The notes under the pieces: generated by a model
What the model was told of the DNA's origin: nothing
The model's input: the letters and a program-made list of their open reading frames with translations, nothing else
Database searches by the model: none
Translations under genes and position numbers: made by a program
Assembly (NCBI GenBank): GCA_010909165.1
Contig: MU008170.1
Coordinates: 1,302,001-1,366,000 of the forward strand
Source of the DNA: Anthoceros angustus
Taxonomy: Eukaryota; Plantae; Anthocerotophyta
Length of the DNA stretch: 64,000 bases
Direction of reading: 5' to 3'
Shown: positions 1 to 16,328 of the stretch, piece after piece
Layout of the letters: each line of letters opens with the position of its first letter
Numbering within the stretch: position 1 is the first letter of the stretch

Positions 1-2334
1 GTAGAAACTGAATCCGTGTAGAAGCATAACCGGGAAGTGGGATCCAAGTCGAGGGCCCAAGCAAGCGGTGAATTCCTATTCCAGGCTACCAGTCCAAGCT
101 TGCAAGCGAAGCGCACCTGCAGCTGGGGCTGGGTGTCGGGCCGACGGGGGGGTCATCAATCACGATTCGACTCGGGCCATGTTCTGGTGGCAGATTTGTG
201 GGTTGCACAGGCGCAGGCACGGGCTCTGGCAGCCTGGCTCCCTTTGCGTTGCAGATGTCACTTCAAAACCATTTGCATGAACAGGAGGAGCAGGCTTTGC
301 GGGTCCTTGCAACAATTCCGAGTTCTGACGGTGGGTCCGTGGGCCCGATTGAACAAGCCAGCCAGTGGCTTGCTAGATGCATTCCTTGTCCTGGCCCAGT
401 CCAGACGTCTCCAAAATTCTAGCTGCGACTACAGTCTACCAGTCGCCCGCAGTCTGAACCGCCACGTGGCCCGCGACAAACTACCGTACCCACGCTGCCT
501 GCCTGCGCCAAGCTTTCACGATCATATATACACATGGCCTAGTTCTAGGTGGGGGCCATAGTGGCGTACACGCTGGATGCTGGATAGAATAGGGATGGAA
601 TGGGGTTCATACATCCAGATACCTACCTTTCTTCAGGTATCGATGTGTACGCGCATTCCGTAGGTGGGTGTCTATTGTTCTCCAAATGATACTTGCTGAA
701 GTAATCTTGATGCCTTCTGGACAAGCTAAGTAGGATGTTGATCATTCAATCTACATATCTAGTTATATCATCCAAGATATTATAGATGACTTTAAAAGGT
801 ATGAATATTTACTACTGAGCTTGAGAATTCCTCATATTATCTTTTGGTCAATGGGCTCGCTTCAATCTCTCCTCCCTCCATATAATGCGCAATAGAATGG
901 CTTGAATGGAATAAAGTCTGTTTAGAAATAAATTGAGAACTCAACTTAAGGCGATGGCTCAAAACAACTAGAGCACACATGAGTTACAATCGCGGTAGTT
1001 GCTCTAACGAACTGCGGCAATTCGGTAGGGCAACTACCGCTACTAGAGATCGGGGCCTGCTGGGACTTGGTCACAAGCAAGTTCAGATGCCTTTCGCGCG
1101 TAAACGGCACATTCTCGTCGGCAAGGTCAGTTCAAGCAGGACTGGAGGGTGTGGGGGGTTGGCTGCAAAAGGAACAGGGACGGTGACGGCAAAGTTGGAA
1201 CCATAATAGCAACAGGGAAGCGGGGCCTGAGAGCTTGGATCGGTAGAAACGCTGTGATGCTTGATCGCTCTCCCTCCCGTAGGTGCAAAAGCGTCTACTA
1301 CGATATCAAGACATGTGCCCACTAACGATCAAATTGCATTTCAAAGTGGTCTGCCGAGGGAAAAGTCGGCACTTCCTCTGATAAAGAGCAGGTTATCCAC
1401 AATGCGGCACACGTTTTGAGAAGTCGCATACACAACAAATATCCCCGTCACTCAAACTCTGAAAGGGGACACTTGCTTACCCCAACCACTGGACTGAGAT
1501 AGACGAGAAACCGGTGCATCGTGCTTGGGTGGTTTCCACAGCCTGCAGTGATCATTTAAGATTCTGGACACCCACGGGCTCACCGGGACCTTGAAAGCGA
1601 CAATAGCAGAAATACCATGATCAGAAAGGTCCAGTATATTAGACTCCCCCTGGAGTTGGAGGGGAAAGGGTAGTTGCACTCGTTACTAGCATCACCACCT
1701 GGGGCATCAAACCTCGTCAAGTAAACTCCTTCTTGGAACAAGCAGCAAGACCTTTGAGACATATCTTCAAGTCCTCGTTGCACATCCTACGGCTTGTGTC
1801 ATAGCCATGCCCATGCCACAGGTAATATCCTCAGGCACGCTTGCACAGACGACCGCCACCCTGCTGCTTCAAGATCATCCTCCACGGTATACAACACGTG
1901 TAGCACAGCTTCTCAATCGCCGTCCTGCTGTTAAGAAACACAGTGGCCTCTCTCATGAGAGAGGGAGCCGTTCATGAAGCAAACAGTGCCAGAACCGTAA
2001 TCCAAGTCCCTAAGCAAGCCGAAACCTCACCTGATATTATTTCGTCTTCTGTACTTGCACCCGGCAGAGTTGTCCTACTACCACTGCTCACTCATTGAAC
2101 ATTCACCAATAATATGGTCATTCGGAAAAGACCAGTTTTATATCAAAAGACATTTGTTACATGCGAAATGGGCATTTGCCCTTCCAAACACGTACAGGCT
2201 CCGAGGCCCAACGTTGTTACAAACTGTTTGACAACGTTCCAATGGAATGTTATTTTTTCCCCCTCAAAAAAACAGCATTCCATTCCGTCGACGGCAATCA
2301 AATCCTACCAACTAAACATCTCCAGACATTCATT

Positions 2335-5396
<3,062 letters not shown>

Positions 5397-6227
5397 AGAA
5401 CCAGGCAAGGTGGGAATGGGATGGCAGCCGCGGCCTACAAGCGCATGGGCTCAGGCCAGGCGGACTTGCCAAATCCCGGTTCCCGAATCCCGCAGCCCAG
5501 CCCAGCCCAGTGCCCAGACCGCGGCTCTTCTCAGACTGGCAGCGCGCTGTCCATGAAGCTGCTTAAGGCTGCTTGTGGCTACGGCCACAATCTCCTCTCT
5601 TCATGCTTCTGCGGCCACTCTTTGCGTTGGCCCGGGCCTGCACGCTGAGCGTCGCAAATAACCAAGGGTCCACCACATCCACACACCCGACCGTGGCCGA
5701 CGCCATGGCCTCCCCCTTTCTTATTATCCACTTTTTCCTTTTGTCTGTTTTCTCGACTCGGCCATTGGACTGCAGCGGCCACTTGGCCGCCTCTCAAGCC
5801 GAGCTGCTCTTCAGGCACCTGGCAGGCTCTTGGGCAAGATCGCGGCAGCTGCTACCTTCCTGATATGTGAGAACCCATAGCGCAGTCTGATTATTCCTGC
5901 TGAAAGAGAGCTTCTGGATTCATGGTGACTCTTCCACAGTCCTGCAGGCTGTGACGAGCCAGATCGAGCCAGATTCGTGCTGGAAGAGAGCCATAATCAT
6001 CGAGGGCTTCACACACAAGGCAACTTCCCTTCACAATTGGCAATACAGGCTGGAAAACCGCGTTGGGCCGAGTGCATAGCGCTGGATAGAAATTGTATCC
6101 AAAGCGTGTGAAGGGCTAGAACTACAAAGCATAGAGACAAAATTTTCTTGTTAAGCCTTGCAGGGCGGCCTAGGCTCTCCGACATATCATCGCTCTAACA
6201 CGATCGAACGGGCCAAAAGACGGTCTT

Positions 6228-6516
6228 ACGTTTTTTCGAGTGCTTACTATTTGTAGAGTGCTTAATTGTTTTAGAGTGCTTCAGTTTTTTTGAGTGCGTA
6301 ATGGTTTTAGAGTGCTTAAGTTTTTCAAGTGCTTAATTTTTTCAGACTGCTTAATTTTTTCAGAGTGCTTAATTTTTTAGACTACTTAATTTTATTTTAG
6401 ATTGTTTCAATTTTTTAGAATACTTTTTTTTTTTTGAGTGTTTAAGTCTTTTAGAGTGCTTAATCTTTTTAAAGTGCGTAATCTTTTTTTAAAGTGCTTT
6501 AATCTTCTTAGAGTGT
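6228..6516. repeat. ~20-bp minisatellite (TTTTTTAGAGTGCTTAA-like)
   Basis: Visible degenerate tandem units; homologous arrays at 14003-14352 and 36115-36372. Confidence 0.85.
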
Positions 6517-7122
6517 ATTTTCATTGTGTATTTTCATTGAAGTATCGGAGAGCATAACATAGCATTCAAACACCTGCAACAAGAGCAAATTGTACGCAAA
6601 CCTATCCTCAGCATATAGCGTTGAAGCAGGGCTGACCTATCAGGCTTTTCTAACTACAATTATATTCGAAGTGTCTTCATTCTCAAAACTCTTTGAAGGA
6701 TGAAGGGGCGACGCTCGAGGCTTTTTTAAAGGCCTTTTTTAAGGACAGTGAGCTCAAGGCACCTGTGTTCTCAAAAGTTTTTTGATGGACAGAGGGCCGA
6801 CCCTTCATGGCTTTTCTAAGTGATATACTTGTCAGGCCTTCTCAAAAATAGCATTCTATGAAGATCAAAGTCCTCTTGCAATGTCTTCAAATCAACAAGT
6901 TTTCCTTGCTGAGTCTTCCATTATGATATCGCTTCATGTTTTTCTTCGCTTTGCGCTATGAGAAGGCGAAGCTTTTTATTCTTGTTTTGAAGTTGCCTAT
7001 CACAAGTATCAAATACAAGATATCAATCAAATAGGCTTTTATTTCATCAAAATGAGTTACATTTATAGCTTACCTTGCGATTTCATACCTTTTTCATATG
7101 TATCAAATACAAACTTAGCTCT

Positions 7123-7526
7123 TGTAAGCGGAGATGCGCCCAGACATCTCACGAGCTTGGGGGTCCGACCACCTGAAGTGAAGAAGCCAGCTTGCAGGAA
7201 TCGAGAGAGTCTGATTATGGGAGCACTTGGTTCTTGTACCCCCCGCGTCCCGGGTTCCGACCGTTTCTTTACCTGAGCTAACTTAACTACTGGATGGGTT
7301 AGTGACTAGCTGGGGTTAGCTTAATCCTGCTCAGTCTAACCTCTAGTTGTAACCTTGTTTCCTTCGTCTAGCTCTAGCGGCTATGTCCTAGGCATGCCCT
7401 ACGCGTGCTCTGCTGCGGCCATTACTCGTATGCCAGCAGCCTCATCTGGACGCTGATTAGGTGTCCAGTCCTTCTCGTTGAGCTACTCTTCAGCTCGCTG
7501 GTTCACGGCGATAGCTAGCCGTGGCA
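7123..7526 (-). repeat. Gypsy LTR (~404 bp)
   Basis: TGTAAG...GTGGCA termini; reverse complement of 28012-28407 and 34722-35104. Confidence 0.9.
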
Positions 7527-10500
7527 TCATCCCCTTCCCTCTGAACGAGACTATGAAGACATTGCTCTTCGTCACATTCTTCAGACTTGTTCAAATGTCG
7601 GAACATATCGACGAAAGCTTGAGTCTCCCAGCTGGGTTCTTCTCCGTGGTCGCTCTCCCAGCTGACCAGGTACACCTTGATGCTTCTTCTACGCAGCTGC
7701 CTCTCTCTGCTGTCCAGAATAGCGGCTGGCTAGCAGATTAGCTTGTCGCCAATTTTGAAACTCCTGCGTTTTGCTGGCTTGTGTCCGGCTCCCGCATCCT
7801 CCCCCTTCTTCTGTTCTGTAGCTACGAGCTCTTGGGAGGTTGCATCTGACTCGCCCAGTTGCTGGAACTCTGGCAGTTTGACGGTCTCACTTCTCTGTCC
7901 TGGGGTCAGTTCGTCTAAAATTGCTCGGCTGGGCAGCACCCACAAACCTCTTTAGCAAGGAAACATGGAAGCTCTTGCAGATACGCCAACTAGCAGGCAT
8001 GTCAAGCTGATACGCTACAGGTGAAATTTTCCTTGTGACACAAAACGGGCCCACGTACCTGTAGGACAGCTTGGCTTTGCCCTCTTGTAGATTAGAATAC
8101 ATGTTTGGCCGCACTCTTAACCACACCCAGTCGCCGACTTCATGCTGCTCATCTCGCCATTTTTTGTTTGCATGTGTCGACCTCTGTTGGTTGATGGCTC
8201 TCATTCGGGCCCTGCAGGGTTTCGCATTTCTTCGCTAAGCTCGCTTATGGCTTTGAACTCCCCGCAACACGGGCCAGTCCAGTGAATGTTGCGGCCGTGA
8301 GGTCATCTTGAAAGGAGAGTATCCTCATACATTGTCTTGTCGAGTTGGCGAATTCCACCAAAGGGTAGCATGTCTTCCCGCCTTCCTTGCTTGTCGTGAT
8401 GAGGGGCCTAAGCAAATCTTCCATTGTTTGATTCATCTTCTCACTTGCTCCATCACTGCATGATATGCGTGCTCATCCCTTGCTTGATTCCAAGTGTCTT
8501 GTATATGCACTAACTTAGAAGTGAACTTGAATCTCTTTCTGATATGATCTCTTGGGGCACTCCATGCAATCTGACCGCTTTGATGAAGATTGGTGCTAGT
8601 TTGGCTTTGATGCTTCCTTCACGGAATAAAATGAGCTAGCTTGGTGACCCCATCGATGCACCAGATGGCATCATGTCCCTTCCTCGGTCTTGGGCAAGCA
8701 GTGACAAAGTCGCAAGCCATGCTTTGCCATTTCATCTCGAACTTGAGTGGCATGAGCGCATGCCAGTGGCTTATGCTCGAACTTGGTCTCACGACATGGT
8801 AGGCACTCCTTCACATGCTTGACAAATGTCCTCATTTGTTTCCACCACACATCATTGTCGCCGATAAGACTTATCTATTCCCATGTGTCCGGTGGGAGCG
8901 TCGTGCGCATGCAAAAGAGCTGTTGAGGTCGACACAATGTGTATGCACAACTTGCCTTTTTCGCATAAGCACCCTTGGTGCACCTTGAACTTGTCGCCGA
9001 GTTCGTAGGCCTACCAGTGATGAGACGCCTAGCTTTGTCAACACATCACTTAGATACTCATCTTGCAGTGTTCTCCGAACCGCCTCCGTGTGTCCGACTT
9101 ACTTTCAAAGACACGTTGCATCTCGCTACCGCTCAAAGCATCTGCAATCAAATTGGCTTTGCCCGAGCAATATGAGATTGTCATGTGGAAGTCTGCCAGA
9201 AATTCGGCCCATCTCCTTTGTCAAGGGTTGAGCAAGGGCTGCTTGTAAAAATGCTCCAGACTTTTGTGATCCGTGTACACAACGAACTCACTCCCATGCA
9301 GGTAATGTCTCCAGGCTTTTAATGCATACACCACTGCTAGAAGCTCCTTGTCGTGTGTGGTGTAGTTGAGCTCTGGCCCTTGCAATTTCCTGGACAAGTA
9401 ACTGATGCCCTTCCCTTCTTGTTGCAGGACTGCTCCTAATGCAAAGTCAGAAGCGTATGTTCTCACGACGAGTGGCTTCTTCATGTCTGGCAATGTAAGA
9501 ACAGCTGCAGACGCAATTGCCTCTTTCAAGTTTCTGAATGCTGCCTCTGCTGTCGCTGACATGGGGAATTTTGCAAGCTTGCATGTCAGGTCGGTCAAGG
9601 GAACGGCCGTCTTTGCATATTGAGGTATGAAGGACTTCATTTGCACACACATGCCTGTGAACTGCCGCATCTGTGAGATTCGGCGGGCCAATCTGAATAG
9701 CTTGCACCTTCTCGGGTCAACTTCGACACCAGAGGATACTAAAGCCTAGATAATGCACCTTGTCAAGAATGTGACTTCTTTCTTCTAGCAAAGCCTTGTG
9801 CTCTCTCAAAGTCACAAGCACTAATGTGAGGTCTTTGTGGTCCGCAGATTGGCGGAGTACACCGTAATATCCACGAATACTTCCACGAACTTGCCCAGGT
9901 ACGGCCTCAAAATCTTGGTCATCAAAGTTGTGAAGCTTGCAGGGGGGTTGGTCATACCGAAAGGCAAGACAAGGAACCGAGAAGTCGTGGTGCGGTTCAA
10001 GGCGGATTTGAATTCGTCCCCGGCCTTGATGCGGATTTGATGGAACCCGCTCTGCAGATCCACCTTGCTAAACATCTGGGCTCCGACAAGATTATCCAAT
10101 ATTTCTTCAATGCGCGGCATCTGAAACCGATTCTTCACTGTGGAAGCGTTCAACCCTCGGTAGTCTATGCACATGCGTACTTTGCCATTCCTGTGCTTGA
10201 CAATCAGCACTGGAGATGCGTGTGGGGACACAGACTCCTCTATGAGGCCTTTCTTCAAAAGGTCGTCCACTGCAGCTTGCACCAGTAAGTTCTCTGGTGG
10301 TGCTAGTCTATAGGGCGGACGGGCCACAGGTTTGGCTCAAGGGATGAGATCTATTGCATGATCCACATCACGTCTTGGTGGTAATCCTTGTGTCTCCTCA
10401 AAAACATCTTTGAGCTGCTCCAAGATTTCCTTCAGCTCTTGAGGTTCCTCGTTCTCTCCTTTGATCCGACCGGTGGTTCGACATCCGCCGCCAGTGTGCT

Positions 10501-10714
10501 TGTAGGCTCTTGCTCCACGTTCTGGCAGCTGAACAAGAAGGCAGTATACTCCAACATTCCAGCTTTGATGGCCTTCCTTGCAAATCTGGCTGAAAAGAGC
10601 TTGATGCCTGGACGTTGGTGAGAGCCCTTGACCGCCACCCTCTCTCCTTTCCATCTCAACGTCATTTCATGCCTCCTGAATGATATTTCAGGGTCAAGCT
10701 GCCATAGCCAATCC
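7123..10714 (-). mobile_element. 5'-truncated Ty3/Gypsy chromovirus (same family as 28012-35104)
   Basis: 3' LTR 7123-7526 and polypurine tract ~7527-7541. Frameshifted pol: RT (RMCIDYRGLN, LPFGMTN), RNase H ([21 protein letters not shown]), integrase, chromodomain (YLVSWESDHGEEPSWE). Homology stops at ~10714 in the protease tail. Confidence 0.92.
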
Positions 10715-12190
10715 GAGGGAGTAGCTCGCACGTCGTGGCACAAACACACTCTCCCCACGAGAACAACACGCAAATTCCTCACATCGCCTCCTGAGTCATA
10801 GCTTTGGCCTCCTCACAACACCCTTGCATTGCATCTAGAGGACAAGCTATGATCCGAGCTTGTCCTCAATGGAAGGGTCTATATATACTAGCTGCATCGG
10901 CATATTCCTAAGATATCCTATCGCAGATATGGAAATATCCTAAGAATACACTATAATATGCAAGGAATATGCCAAGCATATTACTTGAGCTTATCCACTT
11001 AGCTATTGTATCCTAAGAATACACTATAATATGCAAGGAATATGCCAAAGCATATTACTTGAGCTTATCCACTTAGCTATTGCTAACCATGTTTAATTAA
11101 CACTAATCAATGCTTAATTAACATAAGCACATTAGATTAATTAACACTAATTACTTACTTAAAGATAAGTAATTAGATTAATTAATGCTAATCAAACACT
11201 AAACCCAAGTGCAGATTAGTATCACACTAAGATGACACCGCACGAGGTAAGCACTTGAATTCATATAAACACTTCCTCGACCAACAACCAAGCAAACAAA
11301 TCTAATACGCAGATATATAGGTGCAACCAATCCCCCCCTGATAATGTGAGACTCTAAGTCAAAACATTATCATTAGTAGGACTACAGACGTACGCACCTC
11401 ATGTAGTGCATTGGGCACAAAACCAATCTCCTTCGGGAATGTCGTCCAGAGGTTATGAACCTTGTCCATGAGTGGAGGGTTGTCTTCAGCATCCTCATGC
11501 GCCTGTCATGTGGACTACTCTCCCCCCCAGCCAGTTGCTCGCCATTTTCTTCTTGCCTTGCTGACCCTGTGCCTCCTGCGGAACACTGGTTCATTCTTGA
11601 TTAGTTCTATGTGGAACTTCCTTTTGGTGTACTTCCCCATCTCCGCAAGCGTGAAAGCAAACACATGTCGCGATGCCTCCAACAACTCCTTTAGCTGACG
11701 CCGTTGATTGCTCTTCAACTCGACGCCTGTTAACCACTCGTGTGGCTATGGCTCAGATGGCTTGCACGCTTCCTCTACGTGCTCACTCTCCTTGCCCTCC
11801 CAACTCGCCTTCTCCTGTTGAGATGCGAGTGCTGGAATGTCCTTCACCCACCGAATCCGCTGCTTCAACCCCGCCTTCTTCTGGTTTCGAAGTTGGTAAG
11901 CGACTCCACTGCTAAACAACCAGGTCATCATGTTCATGTCAATGCTTGCCCAAGTAATCGACACCGTTCCTTCTCGGTCACTCCCGGTGTCTTCGTGGCT
12001 CCAGCAGCAAATCCCATGGCCAACTCCCTCTCTGGAGGCCAACCTTTGTGTCCAAGTCCAAGTCTTACGCCTTCATGAACCATGGGGTGTCCAGGCGTGT
12101 TCACAGAGAAGTGCAGCAGCTTGTCAGTCTTGATGACTTGTTGGGCATGCCTTCCCGATGCTAGCACATCCTTTCGAAGCTGTCTATTGC
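10715..12190 (-). mobile_element. Fragment of a second Gypsy family: probable LTR (~10715-11329) plus degenerate pol
   Basis: Minus-strand PPT AGGGGGGGAT abuts TG at 11329; RT N-terminal-like QLKELLEASRHVFAFTLAEMGKY...FHIELIKNEPVFRR at 11515-11718; 73-bp tandem duplication at 10936-11082. Confidence 0.6.
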
Positions 12191-12614
12191 GAGTATCCAA
12201 TATAAAATATTGATCAAATACGCTTTTATTTGATCAAACTTGATGTGCTAAAAGATGAGTATATTCATAGCTTACCCCGCGATTTCATGCCTTTTTCATA
12301 TGTATCAAATACAAACTTAGCTCAGTATTCACGGAAGTGGAAATTGGTAATAGCTTTGGGCCCTTTGCAAGCAATGGCTGACTCATCATATGCTCTACAT
12401 CATAGAACATTTTCAAAATGGTCAATATTGTTCTTTACAAGTGATGAAAATAAATTAGTATTGCAAGTGATGATTATTAATGCATTTATGACATTGTCAC
12501 AAACTTAGTACACAATAGATGAAACTCGGTTAACACTGCGAAGCCATGAATACTAATTAATGCATTTATGAACTGGTCACAAGTACATAGAAACAATTAC
12601 AATTTCTTACATAT

Positions 12615-12925
12615 CTTGCAGCATCCTCCTCCGTATGTAAACCCAAAGAAATTGAACAATCCCTATTATCAATAATATTATATAAATTGAAATACCACAT
12701 CCTTAAGAAGTTCAATAAAACCATAACATGATAAAATATCCGGCTAAAAATAAAAAAATTATTTGATACTTCTTTTTGCTCGACGCTTGGACCTTGCTTT
12801 TTGTTTTTCTCTTGTGTCTTCAACTTTCTTCTCAGGGGCAAAACTCAAATTCCCCCAGCATAATTGGTGTTGCATTGCTTCGAACTCAATTTCAATCTAC
12901 AATAGCGTATTCTAGAAATATCCAC
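12615..12925 (-). pseudogene. AP2-like gene remnant, copy A
   Basis: SISLGLHTEEDAAR exon with mutated donor; exon g fused to exon c by an internal deletion of roughly 740 bp; truncated at ~12925. Confidence 0.75.
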
Positions 12926-13316
12926 ACGAATTTAAAGAATATATTTTACAGCCTAGATTGGAAATGAAATGATCCATCATCCCAATATATTTATTGTTTC
13001 CTTCTGCAAGCTATAAAATAACAAGGTCCGAAGTTTCACTTGTAATGACCCTGACATTTCAATTACAATGGCCAGTGAAAGTGAGATCCATATTGTTAAT
13101 AGAATTTTGAATACTCAAAGAAGTTAGAACTCACGTGGAGATATTTTACTCTTGGGAAACCGAGTTGCCCCTAGTGCAAACAAGTAAGAAAACAACTAAA
13201 TGTTAAGCATCTTGCGCTGCCGGGAGTGGATGCCCTTGTTGTTCGTAGCTTAGGCACACCATGGTACAAGTTGTCAAAGCACAAGTCCCATGGCGAAAAT
13301 TCGTCCTTAGTGCACG

Positions 13317-13533
13317 GGTCGACCATACAGTCCCAACTTCTTGTTTAAATTTCTATGGCCTAACGATCAGATATCTATCATGGGAGGGGCGCAGGTGGGT
13401 AGGTTAGTTGGTCTTTGAGTTCCCTAGCGGAAGGCGCTAATTTGGATATTTGGAATGGGGGCAGGCTGCCGGGATTGTTGCCAAAATCGAAAACAAGAGG
13501 AGGAAAAGAGGGGGCAAAAAGATTGAGGTCTTC
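13317..13533 (+). pseudogene. Duplicated MCCB fragment (end of exon 8, intron 8, exon 9)
   Basis: Direct similarity to 61800-62013, including the intron gtgggtaggttagttggt...tggaatggg..gcag. Confidence 0.9.
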
Positions 13534-14002
13534 GAGTGGCCGCCGCGGCCATCAATTTGGACTGCGGCGGCCAAGTGCAATGGCCACTTGGCCGCCTCTC
13601 AAGCCGAGCTTCGCTTCGGGCGCCTGGCAGGCTCTTGGGCAAGATCGCTGCAGCTACTACCTCCCTGCTCTGTGAAAAGCCATTCCGCAATCTGATTATT
13701 CGTGCTGAGAGAGAGCTTGTGGATTCATTGTGACTCCTCCACACTCCAGGCGGCATGCCTACACCGCCTTCTCTTTACACAATCTTGATTCGCTGCACCG
13801 CCGAGTTATGTTGTGACGATCCACATTAGACCGCAGTTGGGAGAACCGCGTTGGGCCGAGTGCACAGCGCTGGATGGAAATTGGATCCAAAAGAGTGCGA
13901 AGGGCTAGAACTACAAAGCTACAAAGCAGGTGAGAAGGTTAAGCCCCGGACATAGCATCAACTCTAATACGATCGAACATCGAAGGGGCCAAACGACGAA
14001 CT

Positions 14003-14352
14003 TAAGTTTGCTCGAATGTTTACTTTTTCTAGAATGCTTAATTAATTTAGAGTGCTCAAGTTCTTTAGAGTGCTTAAGTTTTTTTGGGTGCTTAAAATTT
14101 TTTGGGTACTTAAGTTTTTTTTGGGTGCTTAAGTTTTTTTAGGTGCTTAAGTTTTTTAGAGTGCTTAAGTTTTTTAAAGTGCTTAATATTTTTAAAGTGC
14201 TTAAGTTTCTTAGAGTGTTTTTTTTTTTAGAGTGCTTGATTTTTTTAGAGTGCTTTATTTTATTTTAAAGTGATTAAGCATTTTAGAATACTTAATATTT
14301 TAAGAGTATTTCAATTTTTTAGAGTGCTTAACTTTTGTTAGAGTGTTTAAGT
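14003..14352. repeat. ~20-bp minisatellite
   Basis: Tandem TTTTTTAGAGTGCTTAAG variants. Confidence 0.85.
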
Positions 14353-14399
14353 ATAGGAGAGCATAACATAGCAAGCTAACACTAATAGGGAGGAAAACT

Positions 14400-14880
14400 T
14401 CTATGCCTTTTTCATATGTATCAAATACAAACTTGCAATTCCAAATTTGTACGTAATGGCTTTGTGATCTTTGGAAGGGATGCTTGTCTCATCATTGACT
14501 CTATGCCTTTTTTTCATATGTATCAAATACAAACTTAGCTCCGTATTCACGCAAATCAAAATTGGTAATGGCTTTGTGCCCTTTATAAGAGATTGGTTGC
14601 CTCATCACATGCTCTATGTCTTTTCATATATATCAAATACAAACTTAGCTATGTATTCACTCAAGTCCAAATTGGTATTGGCTTTGTGCCCTTTGCAAGA
14701 GATGGGTTGCCTCATCCTATGCGCTATGCCTTTTTCATATTTATCAAATACAAACTTAGCTCGTATTCATGCAGCCAAATTAGTAATGGCTTTGTGCCCT
14801 TTGAAAGAGATGGTTGCCTCATCATATCCTCTATGCCTTTTCATATGTATCAAATACAAACTTAGCTCCGTGATTCATGC
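14400..14880. repeat. ~110-bp tandem repeat, about 4.5 copies
   Basis: Units start near 14401, 14501, 14614, 14724 and 14831 (ctatgcctttttcatatgtatcaaatacaaacttagct...); paralogous array at 36434-36920. Confidence 0.85.
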
Positions 14881-16161
14881 GGTCGGCGGAATCTGGGCGC
14901 GCCAAACTACCGGAGCGCAGACTATCGGCGCACTCGGCGTCGTAAACTACCGTGGTCTGTTGGACTACCGGCGCCCTATCCGACACATAGGCGAGTGCAC
15001 GCACCACGGCCAAAAGCCTCGTTTAAACCTAATACATTGCGTAGTAAGCTTATGACAATTTCATAAATGCATCAATAATCATGAGTTGTGAGTATGAACC
15101 TGCTCTCATCACTTGTAAAGACCAATATTGACCATTTTGAAAATGTTCTATGATATAGAGCATATGATGAGGCGATCATCTCTTTCAAAGGGTACAAAGT
15201 CTCATGGGTAGTCCACCGCATTGCTCACATGATATGAAAGTAGGTTAATACTCTCAAGTCATGAGTACTAATGCATATATAACATTGTCACAAGTACTCA
15301 AACTTACTTTGCAACACTTGGGTGAGCGTTAGTTTGCAACTCTTGAGCGAGATGTTACTCTTCAACTCTTGAGAGATATTGCTATTCAATTATGATGTTT
15401 TTTAGCGAGGAGGCGACAACTTCATAGATAGTGAATAGCTTACAACGAAGCTTTATACAAGGACGAAAAGAAAGAAACTTAGCATGAGACCGGAGATCGC
15501 CAACCCGATCCTGTGCTAAACCAAAAACCCCTAGCTTTGAGCAAATACGAAGGAAAATTATTATGCCCCATCACGGGCCCAAGCCCCAGATAAACCAAAA
15601 GCCTCTAGCCCTAAGAAAATACAAAGAAAACATATTACGCCCCATCAGGGGCCAAGTGCAACTCGAGGCCAAATCTAGGCCGCTCCACCGATCTAGAAAG
15701 TCTCTAAGCCAACAAGTTTTTCTTGTTGAGTCTTCCATTGTGACATCCCTTCATGTATTCCTTTGCTTTGCGCTCAGAAGTCGTAGCGTGTTGTTCTTTT
15801 GGTTGATTGCAAGTATCAAATACAAAATATCAATCAACTATGCTTTTATTTGATCAAAAGTAATGTGCTAAAAGATAAGTACACTAATACTTTACCTCTC
15901 GATTTCATGCCTTTTCATATGTCTCAAATACAAACTTAGCTCGTGATTCCATAAGTCAAAATTTGTAATGGCTTTGTGCCCTTTACAAGAGATGGTGCCT
16001 CATCATATGCTCTACATCATCAAACATTTTCAAAATGGTCAATATTGTTTTTCACAAGTGACCAGAGTAGGTTAATATTCACAAGTCATGATTATGAATG
16101 CATTTATAAAATTCTCACAACCTTAGTACACAATAGATGGAATTGGGTGAATACAACCAAG

Positions 16162-16305
16162 CTATGAGTACTAATTAATGCATTTATGAAATTGTCACAA
16201 GTACATAGACTATGTATACTAATTAATGCTTTTATGAAATCATCATATGTACATAGACCATGAGTACTAATTAATGCATTTATGAAATTGTCACAAATAC
16301 ATAGA
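16162..16305. repeat. 48-bp tandem repeat x3
   Basis: ctatgagtactaattaatgcatttatgaaattgtcacaagtacataga units at 16162, 16210, 16258. Confidence 0.85.
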
Positions 16306-16328
16306 AACAATTACAATTTTTCACATAC

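Larger units (their letters stand above)
5757..12944. repeat. Copy A (older, deleted, TE-interrupted) of the AT-rich composite module
   Basis: 5760-6200 matches 13555-14000; 6890-7121 and 12193-12925 match 15710-17550 and 37765-39520 in pieces; interrupted by Gypsy sequence at 7123-12190. Confidence 0.75.

Noticed and set aside
37-1930. ORFs and splice-like signals downstream of GGAT
   Set aside because: No recognisable domain or consistent exon chain
14471-15055. 194-aa ORF, and similar ORFs at 36588-36909
   Set aside because: Translations of the ~110-bp tandem repeat; frame not conserved between copies
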